Below are positions 56,894 through 64,000 of a stretch of DNA of 64,000 nt, one piece after another. Source of the DNA: Candidatus Ozemobacteraceae bacterium (lineage in GTDB: Bacteria > Muiribacteriota > Ozemobacteria > Ozemobacterales > Ozemobacteraceae); contig OZ223236.1 of NCBI GenBank assembly GCA_965140445.1, positions 2,112,001 through 2,176,000 on the forward strand, written 5' to 3'. How positions within the stretch are numbered: position 1 is the first letter of the stretch; each line of letters starts with the position of its first letter. The notes under the pieces are model-generated. The model worked only from the letters and a program-made list of their open reading frames with translations, ran no database searches and was not told the DNA's origin. Made by a program: the position numbers and the translations under genes.

Positions 56894-58516
56894 TTACTCA
56901 GTTCTATTATCAAGGATAGAAAGAAGTTCGTCGCATTTTTCTTTAGCTCTATCTTTTAATCTTTCAGCTTCAGCAGTTATTTCTGAAACAAACTTTTCAT
57001 CTTTTATTCCACCCATATTAATCAAAACATTTTGATATCCACCCCAAATTCCAACTTCAAGTGCTCTTGCACCTACCTGGACATCTGATTTAGAGTTAAT
57101 ATTACCGTGCCTGGCTACTTCAATCATCATATCCCATGCGCTATCGCCAAGTTTCATTGTTTTTAGAGGGATTTCAATTGCCTTTTTTAAACCAAGTTGC
57201 ATTTGTTCAAAGCGGATCTTTTGTTCTGCTTCAGTATTCTTAGGCAGTCTCATCGCATCCACATAGTCGTTGAAGGCATTTGTGTCTGCATCAATCATTG
57301 GAATCAATTGCATGGTTGCATTGTGAAGCGGGGGAACTATTTTTCTCATCTGCTCATCAAGATGCTCAAATTTTCTTACCCCATAAGTAAGTTTTGCAAC
57401 CATTGAGCCAAGGCCAGCACCTATTGCTGCAATTGCAGCTGAAGCACTTCCGCCCCCAGGAGCAGTCGTTCTTGCATTAATTGTCTCAATGAATTTTCTG
57501 GTGCTCATTGATGCGAGCGGCTCATTGGGCTCTTCTCTGATGATGTATTCAATGATTCTTTCTTCTGGTTTGAATTGAGAAACTGAATTCAGGCCAAGAC
57601 GATCAATTACGAGCTTAATTTTTTGCTCTTCATCAATAATAAAAAGTTTTTCTTTTTCGATATAGAAGTCGGCAGCCTTTAACATTGCTTCTAATGGAAT
57701 TAATCCAACAAGTTCAGAACCTGCAACGCCAACTTTTAGCTTTTCTGCTTCTTCTTTAACTGCTTCAAAAACTTCGTGTGGAGCAGTTACGTTAAAATTG
57801 TTCAGATTGAAAGAGCACTGGGCCATATTATACTCATCAACAAACCAGCCTAACCCCTTAAGGTCCTTGAATCTCCCGCGTTGGTCCGGACCTCTACCAG
57901 CTTCACGAAGGTCAAGAGCTATTCTATGTGCTTGATTACTGGTTCCAAGAATATTGATGTTATAAGCAACCAGGAAGAACCTGGCACCAGTTACTGTTGC
58001 GCCCCAGGAGGGTACAAATTCAGCCGGGCCGTAGTCTGGTTTCCATTCTGGTTGAGTAATTCTTTCTGGAATGGCTTCATATTCGCCTTTTCTAATTTGT
58101 GGAAGCTTTTTACGATATTCCTGATCCTGAGAATATTCGTAGAGATAGAAAGGAATCTTTAACTCTTCAGCCGCTCTCTCAGCAAACTTCTTTGAAACCT
58201 CAACGCATTCTTCCATAGTTACATTTGCTACTGGAACAAATGGACAAACATCCATCGCACCCATTCTTGGATGTTCTCCAGTCTGAGTTCTCATATCTAT
58301 CTTTTCTCTGGCAACTCTTGCTGCTGCCAAAGCACCTTCAATTATCGATTCAGGATCACCAACAAATGTGTAAACCGTTCTGTTAGTAGATTTGCCAGGG
58401 TCTACATCTAATAATGTAACTCCATTAACCCCTTTTATTGCCTCAGCAATAGCATTGATTACATTTTGATCTCTTCCTTCTGAAAAATTCGGAACACATT
58501 CGATGATCTTATTCAT
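56894..58516 (-). CDS. ftcD: Bifunctional glutamate formimidoyltransferase / formimidoyltetrahydrofolate cyclodeaminase
   Basis: IECVPNFSEGR, HPRMGAMDVCPF and GSELVGL (transferase); APGGGSASA, D.D..AF and SD..VGA (cyclodeaminase). Confidence 0.95.
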   Translation of the reverse strand: MNKIIECVPNFSEGRDQNVINAIAEAIKGVNGVTLLDVDPGKSTNRTVYTFVGDPESIIEGALAAARVAREKIDMRTQTGEHPRMGAMDVCPFVPVANVTMEECVEVSKKFAERAAEELKIPFYLYEYSQDQEYRKKLPQIRKGEYEAIPERITQPEWKPDYGPAEFVPSWGATVTGARFFLVAYNINILGTSNQAHRIALDLREAGRGPDQRGRFKDLKGLGWFVDEYNMAQCSFNLNNFNVTAPHEVFEAVKEEAEKLKVGVAGSELVGLIPLEAMLKAADFYIEKEKLFIIDEEQKIKLVIDRLGLNSVSQFKPEERIIEYIIREEPNEPLASMSTRKFIETINARTTAPGGGSASAAIAAIGAGLGSMVAKLTYGVRKFEHLDEQMRKIVPPLHNATMQLIPMIDADTNAFNDYVDAMRLPKNTEAEQKIRFEQMQLGLKKAIEIPLKTMKLGDSAWDMMIEVARHGNINSKSDVQVGARALEVGIWGGYQNVLINMGGIKDEKFVSEITAEAERLKDRAKEKCDELLSILDNRTE

Positions 58517-58664
58517 ATCTTTTCCTTTTCCCTGAAAATTTGGCTCAAATTGGCCATAATTATAAGTCTTATGGCCTTATATAGCTTATTTAAAATTCTT
58601 TGTAAAGTGCTAAAGCCCCTTTTCTAAAAGAGCATTTAGAACATCAGAAAAGCCCCAAAAAAAC

Positions 58665-58709
58665 AAAAAAGCTCAGCTTCTGATTTAGCATCAAAGGCTG
58701 AGCTTTTTT
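58665..58709 (-). terminator. Intrinsic terminator downstream of the fused ETF gene
   Basis: aaaaaaGCTCAGC..TGAT-loop-ATCA..GCTGAGCtttttt inverted repeat. Confidence 0.8.
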
Positions 58710-58718
58710 GCAGAACTT

Positions 58719-60665
58719 TTATTGAGTTAGCGCCTTTATGATGACCGGAATAGCTTCTTCTATTCCAGCTTTTAGATAGTAATCGCTCACATTTTTTATT
58801 GGCGCATCTTCATCAGGATTTATTGAAATAATCATTCCAGAGTTTTCCATGCCTATTTGATGTTGAATTGCCCCAGAAACTCCAATTGCTATATAAATAG
58901 GTGGTTTTACTACTTTGCCTGTTTGACCAACCTGATTAGAGTATGGTAAAAAACCAGCTTCCATAGCTGCCCTGGTGCATGCAAGTCCTGTTTTTACTCC
59001 CCATTTGTTAGCTATAGCTTCTGAAAGTGGGATTGCAAGTTTTTCAAGATTTGATTTATCTCCAATGCCTACTCCAACACAAACAATCACTTCGCATTCA
59101 TCAAGACTGATTTTATCCAACTGTTCTTGTTTTTCATTTTCTTTAACTACCAGCGAAAAATGGTCTTTTGAGGGATTTTTCTGGGGGATAAGTTTTGTGG
59201 GGCTGATATTTTGTGTTGCAAAAACTTGCTTTGGAAAGACTCCAGGCCTAACTGTTGCCATTTGTGGAGCCCCATTTTCCTTTCCACGTAAAGCTACGAT
59301 AGTAGCCATTATATTGCCTCCAAGGGCGGGGCGGGTTTGATGAAGGATTTTTCCAAGATGAATTTTTTCGCCTTTAAAATTAGTTGAAAAGTCTGAAATC
59401 TCAAGTCCGGTGCAATCTGCGGTTAACCCGGCTTCTAGTCTGGCAGCTACTAGTGGAGCAATAACTCTACCTGCAAGGGTAGCTGAAACTAGAACAATCT
59501 GAGGAGCATTGCTTTTTATTGCAGATATTAGTGCCTCTGAGTATTCTTCCACAATGAAATGATCAGAAGTTGACTGTGAAATGTGGATTATTTTTTCTGC
59601 CCCAGCTGATTCTAACTCCGAGATCATTTCTAAACTAATTTTTTCAGAAACAACAAGTGCAACACTTTTTGAACCTAACTTCTCGGCTAAAAGCCTGGCT
59701 TGCCCTAGAAGCTCAAGGCTTCCACCAACAATGTTTTTATTTTCCAGTTCGCAAAATACAGCTACATCTCCATTATAATGAGGCTCAGAGGTGCTGATTT
59801 TATTTGCTTCCAGAATTTTATTTCCGGAATTTTTCTCTCCTGTTTTTAAGAAGTTTTCAATTTTGGAGAGCATTTCTGGTATCTTAATTTTTAAAATTTC
59901 TTCTTCTGAGAAATCTATGGCCAGTCCTGTTCTGCCATTGTCTTCTGGTGAAAAAATCTTTACAACTCTTGTATAGGAACCATTTAATCCTATGTGCTTT
60001 TTATCAACCCCTATTTTTTCATTGTTCCAAATTTCAACTGTTGTTTCTGCGGCTTCTGCCATTTTCTCAAGTTGAGTAAAGAAAGGTAAAGTAGGAACAA
60101 AGTTTGTAACAGTTAACATTGCAGGAACCCTTGAAAGTTTAAATTCCCTTCTTCCAATTGGCTGTAATGTTTCTATAAAAAAATCATTGTTTTGATATGA
60201 AAAAGATGAAACATAAGGAAGCACCGGAAATTTTAAAAATTCTGCAACCTGAAGGGGGACTTGTGCTGTATCACCATCAGGACTTTGCATGCCAGCAATT
60301 ACTAGGGGCGAAGAAAGATTAAACTCGTCCACTATTTTTTTTATGGCGGCAGCGAGTGTTCTTGCTGTGGCTATTGTGTCAGCTCCTCCAAATGAGGGAT
60401 CTGAAACCAGGATCGCTTTATCAGCTCCATAGGCAATTGCTCTTCGGCAAACCTCTTCGGCTGAAGGTGGGCCCATTGATACAACAAAGACTCTACCGCC
60501 TGAATTCTTTCTGAAGAAAAAGGCCATTTCAAGAGCTCTGTCGTCCAGTGGATTTGCAACCATTTGAAGTTTTCCACGTAACAGGGTGCCATTTTCTTTG
60601 TCCCATGCGTCTTCTGGAATATTTTCAATATCTGCTACAAATTTAACTAGTACAATAATATCCAT
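58719..60665 (-). CDS. Fused electron transfer flavoprotein beta-alpha subunits
   Basis: EtfB part (NP.D..ALE, SMGPP, GGADT.AT, G.Q..DGDTAQV) is in one frame with the EtfA part (GLTADCT, RPALGGN, ATVRPG, QVGQTG, GVSGAIQH). Confidence 0.9.
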   Translation of the reverse strand: MDIIVLVKFVADIENIPEDAWDKENGTLLRGKLQMVANPLDDRALEMAFFFRKNSGGRVFVVSMGPPSAEEVCRRAIAYGADKAILVSDPSFGGADTIATARTLAAAIKKIVDEFNLSSPLVIAGMQSPDGDTAQVPLQVAEFLKFPVLPYVSSFSYQNNDFFIETLQPIGRREFKLSRVPAMLTVTNFVPTLPFFTQLEKMAEAAETTVEIWNNEKIGVDKKHIGLNGSYTRVVKIFSPEDNGRTGLAIDFSEEEILKIKIPEMLSKIENFLKTGEKNSGNKILEANKISTSEPHYNGDVAVFCELENKNIVGGSLELLGQARLLAEKLGSKSVALVVSEKISLEMISELESAGAEKIIHISQSTSDHFIVEEYSEALISAIKSNAPQIVLVSATLAGRVIAPLVAARLEAGLTADCTGLEISDFSTNFKGEKIHLGKILHQTRPALGGNIMATIVALRGKENGAPQMATVRPGVFPKQVFATQNISPTKLIPQKNPSKDHFSLVVKENEKQEQLDKISLDECEVIVCVGVGIGDKSNLEKLAIPLSEAIANKWGVKTGLACTRAAMEAGFLPYSNQVGQTGKVVKPPIYIAIGVSGAIQHQIGMENSGMIISINPDEDAPIKNVSDYYLKAGIEEAIPVIIKALTQ

Positions 60666-62260
60666 TAACTTAGCCTTTCAGAAGGTACCATGTTGCCAAT
60701 ATTTAAAATGAGATTTGGATCAAACATTTTTTTCAAACCAGCAATAGTTTTAAGACCGTTTTCGCCATGCATTATTTGAAGATAAGGAATTTTTTTCCCG
60801 TTTTCGTCCAATACTGATTTTTTTCCAACCCCATGTTCTGCAGAGATTGTTCCACCTAATTCAACTGTCAGCTCGGCTAGTTCAAGATATTTTCTTTTAG
60901 CTTTTTCTAGCTCAATAGTATTCTCGGGTAAAAAGTTCAGGTGCAAATGGAAATCTCCAATATGCCCAAAATAAACCGTTTTTACTCCTATTTCGCTGGC
61001 CTTTTCATATGCATCGATGAGCTTGGAAAAATTTTTGCCAACAACAGCCATATCTGTACCTAGTTTGCCAACTCTTGCTCTTACAAAGTTGTTTACTGCT
61101 TCTGGCAGAGAATGTCTAAAGTGTTTTATCGATGGAATATCCCTACCAGTTACAGACCAGTTACAAGCCACTCGATTTTTTTCCATTAGAATTTTATAAG
61201 GTTGAATTGTTTCTTTGGTAGGGTATGGGTTAAATCTGGATGCTCGTGAATGGGAAAATTCAAATAGAACTGCACCCGCCATTCCTTGTGGAATGGCAGG
61301 AAATTTCTTGTTCATTAATTCCAATGCATTTTTGTCAAAAAATTCGATAGACAAGGGTTGATGTTGAGTGTCTATATCTCTTAGCTCTGAAACAAAGTTT
61401 AAGGAATCTTTTAACTTATTAAAAAAAGCGACGCATACCACTAAATCTTTTACCTTTTCGACGAGTTTGATTTCAATTTTAGTAATGACTCCCAATAGTC
61501 CTTCTGAGCCAATAAATAGATCTATAAGGTCCATTCCTGGGGTTAGAAAAACTCCTGCCGCATTTTTTGTATCAAAATGGGGATAATCGGAAGGTATATC
61601 AAATGTTTTTGTTTCATTTGCAATGCTTACATTAAACTTAGACTTTTCTGCAAAATATTGATTTCTTCTAATTGAAGCCAAGTCACCTGTTGGAAAAACA
61701 ATTTCAAGATACTCAATCCATTTTCTTGTTGGCCCATAAAAGTAGCTTCTTGCTCCGCTGGCATTTGTTGCGATCGTTCCAGCTATCATAGCTGACATTT
61801 CAGTTGGATCGGGGGGATACTCAAGGTTGTAACATGCAAGGGCTTCGGCAAGCTCATTTAATCTTATACCTGGTGGAACAATTGCTTTCTTTGTTTTTTT
61901 ATTAAGAAGAAAAGTTGTGTCACGGAAGGTAATCAGCTCAAAGTCTTCTGGGGTTTGCTCTGGCTCGTCTACTTTCCGCATTTTTTCCATGGAAAGAACC
62001 CATCCACCATTTATGGGAACCCTTGCTCCTGTAATAGAAGTCCCTTCAGCAGAAACTGTTACCCTGGCTCTTTGTTTGTTTGCGAGTTGTAAAATAGTTG
62101 CAACTTGTTCAGCGTTTTCCGGATAGAAAACTTTTTCTGCGGAGCCTTTGAATGCTGAGGACTCATCTGACAGGTGTTTTTCAATTTTGTCTCTTTCAAG
62201 TGAGAATTTTGGCATTGCCTCTTTTTTTAAGGCAATAGAAGGCAATATGTTTGTGTTCAT
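60665..62260 (-). CDS. FAD-binding oxidoreductase (GlcD/LctD-like D-2-hydroxyacid dehydrogenase)
   Basis: PPDPT, GTIATNASG, DLFIGSEG.LG.IT, GHIGD.HLH.N, SAEHGVG and FDP..ILN motifs; TAATG coupling to the ETF gene. Confidence 0.88.
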   Translation of the reverse strand: MNTNILPSIALKKEAMPKFSLERDKIEKHLSDESSAFKGSAEKVFYPENAEQVATILQLANKQRARVTVSAEGTSITGARVPINGGWVLSMEKMRKVDEPEQTPEDFELITFRDTTFLLNKKTKKAIVPPGIRLNELAEALACYNLEYPPDPTEMSAMIAGTIATNASGARSYFYGPTRKWIEYLEIVFPTGDLASIRRNQYFAEKSKFNVSIANETKTFDIPSDYPHFDTKNAAGVFLTPGMDLIDLFIGSEGLLGVITKIEIKLVEKVKDLVVCVAFFNKLKDSLNFVSELRDIDTQHQPLSIEFFDKNALELMNKKFPAIPQGMAGAVLFEFSHSRASRFNPYPTKETIQPYKILMEKNRVACNWSVTGRDIPSIKHFRHSLPEAVNNFVRARVGKLGTDMAVVGKNFSKLIDAYEKASEIGVKTVYFGHIGDFHLHLNFLPENTIELEKAKRKYLELAELTVELGGTISAEHGVGKKSVLDENGKKIPYLQIMHGENGLKTIAGLKKMFDPNLILNIGNMVPSERLS

Positions 62261-62375
62261 TTCCTGACCTATGGCTTTTACGAATTCAATTAATATTGGA
62301 GTGCAATTTTATCATTGAAGCCTTTACAGGTAAAACATTAAATAAAATTACTAATTTAGCTGAGGAGTTGGTTGA

Positions 62376-64000
62376 TTATGATTGTTTTGAGATCCACTTG
62401 CCAAGCTCGTCAATTAAGGCTCTTGCGGAAATAGGTTTGGAGATATAGCCGTTCATTCCGGCTAATAAACATTTTTCACGGTCGCCTTGCATTGCGTGTG
62501 CTGTCATTGCGATAACTGGGACTTTGTTATCCAGGACAGAAGATGTTGGGTCTCTGATTACTTTAGTAGCTTCCCATCCATCCATAACCGGCATCTGAAC
62601 ATCCATTAATACAAGATCGTATGGAATACTGGAAAGTGACTTGATAGCTTCTTCGCCATTTGCTACTGCGTCTGCACTAAGGCCTAATTTTGATAGGATT
62701 CCCAAGGCTACTTTCTGGTTGGTTACGTTGTCTTCAACAAGAAGGATTTTTGCTTTGCTGTTTTCAAAATACATTAAAAATTCTCTGGAAGAATGTCTTG
62801 TAATAATACTCTTTTTGGCGCTGGAATCGTCAGTATTGTTTGGGCTTTCATCAATTGAATGAGCAAGTAGGGTGGATAAAACGTTGAATAATTCCTGATG
62901 ACGCATGGGTTTGGTCATGTATGCAGAGAATCCAATTTTCTCAAACATTTTGGCGTCTCCACGTTCCCCAAGGGATGTCATCATTATTAGCTTGGTTTCT
63001 GACAATTTTGCATCAGAGTTGATCGCTTTTCCAAGGGTTGCGCCATCCATGCCTGGCATTTGCATATCTATAATTGCAAATTTGAATTTATTGTTTTCTT
63101 CTATTGATTTATAAATTTCATGCAGAGCTTCTGGTCCACTTGTTGTTTCAACAACCTGTAATCCCCACAAGGTCAGGCGTTTTAGCATTATTTCTCTATT
63201 TGTTGCATTATCATCAACGATTAGAACTCGAATTCCTTCCATATTCGGTAAGGTTTCTATCTTAGGTGATTCTGTAAGCTGTTTCTCAAATTTTGCGGTA
63301 AACCAGAAGGTAGAACCACAGTCTTTTTCACTATCAAGACCAATTTCTCCTCCCATCATTTCAGAAAGTTGTTTAGAAATTGCCAGGCCTAATCCCGTTC
63401 CACCAAAGTTCCTGGTTGTAGAGGTGTCCACTTGAGAGAATTTTTCAAATAGGATAGATTGCTTGTCTTTTGGGATTCCAATTCCAGTATCTCGCACTGA
63501 AAAAAGAAGAGTTGCCTCATTGTTGGTCTCAGATTTTAGACTCGCGCGCAGATCTATTTCTCCTGAGTTTGTAAATTTAATGGCGTTGCTGACGAGGTTA
63601 GTTAAAATCTGGCGAAGTCTTCCCGGATCACCGCGTAAATACCTTGGGACATTTAATTCTGATGAAACTATTAGCTCAAGACCCTTATCGTGTGTTTTCA
63701 AAGCCATAGTTGCGGAAAAATCATCTAAAAGAGATTCCAGATCAAAATCCAGTATTTCAAGATCAAGCTTTCCAGCTTCAATTTTTGAGAAGTCCAGAAT
63801 GTCATTTATTAGCATCAGAAGAGAATCGCCGCAAGTTCTGACTATTTCAGCGTAATGATGTTGTTCTTCAGTTAGATTTGTATCAAGCAAAAGTCCCGTC
63901 ATGCCAATTACCCCGTTCATAGGGGTTCTAATTTCATGACTCATGTTTGCAAGGAACTCACTTTTGGCGATGTTAGCCATTTCAGCCTTTGCTGACAACG
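62376..64000 (-). CDS. Hybrid sensor histidine kinase with two receiver domains, 5'-truncated by the window edge
   Basis: H-box [17 protein letters not shown]-box [22 protein letters not shown] and two REC domains; frame open to the window end. Confidence 0.95.
   Translation of the reverse strand, partial: LSAKAEMANIAKSEFLANMSHEIRTPMNGVIGMTGLLLDTNLTEEQHHYAEIVRTCGDSLLMLINDILDFSKIEAGKLDLEILDFDLESLLDDFSATMALKTHDKGLELIVSSELNVPRYLRGDPGRLRQILTNLVSNAIKFTNSGEIDLRASLKSETNNEATLLFSVRDTGIGIPKDKQSILFEKFSQVDTSTTRNFGGTGLGLAISKQLSEMMGGEIGLDSEKDCGSTFWFTAKFEKQLTESPKIETLPNMEGIRVLIVDDNATNREIMLKRLTLWGLQVVETTSGPEALHEIYKSIEENNKFKFAIIDMQMPGMDGATLGKAINSDAKLSETKLIMMTSLGERGDAKMFEKIGFSAYMTKPMRHQELFNVLSTLLAHSIDESPNNTDDSSAKKSIITRHSSREFLMYFENSKAKILLVEDNVTNQKVALGILSKLGLSADAVANGEEAIKSLSSIPYDLVLMDVQMPVMDGWEATKVIRDPTSSVLDNKVPVIAMTAHAMQGDREKCLLAGMNGYISKPISARALIDELGKWISKQS

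Noticed and set aside
1..64000. CRISPR arrays, IS elements, prophage, defence islands, rRNA or tRNA genes
   Set aside because: I saw no regularly spaced direct repeats, transposase, integrase or phage ORFs, RNA gene signatures or obvious compositional islands by eye. tRNAscan, CRISPR finders and DefenseFinder would be needed to exclude them formally.

Overview
AT-rich bacterial chromosomal segment, densely coding. I see no rRNA, tRNA, CRISPR array, IS or prophage. Several features suggest an anaerobic candidate-phylum organism such as Ca. Riflebacteria: tandem ~950-aa HAMP+PP2C sensors, divergent pilin-like genes, desulfoferrodoxin and a bifurcating-type ETF (inference only). Left to right the window holds: partial birA; a secreted Ser/Asn-rich protein; a YvyF-like Zn protein; an ~18.5-kb same-strand run (coiled-coil/GrpE-like/Zn-ribbon/TPR fusion, valS-tyrS-thrS, TPR membrane protein, GAF adenylate cyclase, orphan TAXI receptor, minor-pilin trio); fxsA; a second YvyF paralog; an 8-gene MoxR-ABC-DUF58-VWA operon; two HAMP-SpoIIE paralogs; VOC and ATL genes; a GspG-like cluster of unknown exported proteins; a thioesterase; dfx; secretin-N-like and TPR proteins; a REC-REC-PP2C regulator; an animal-like bifunctional FTCD; a fused EtfB-EtfA with an FAD-linked dehydrogenase; and a partial hybrid histidine kinase. 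The best leads are a candidate ECF-promoter-driven sRNA (~38176-38264, minus strand), the GrpE-like coiled-coil fusion, the MoxR/VWA/ABC envelope module, an ATL gene that seems to need an AUU start, a second structured RNA element (~51289-51422) and the fused ETF module.
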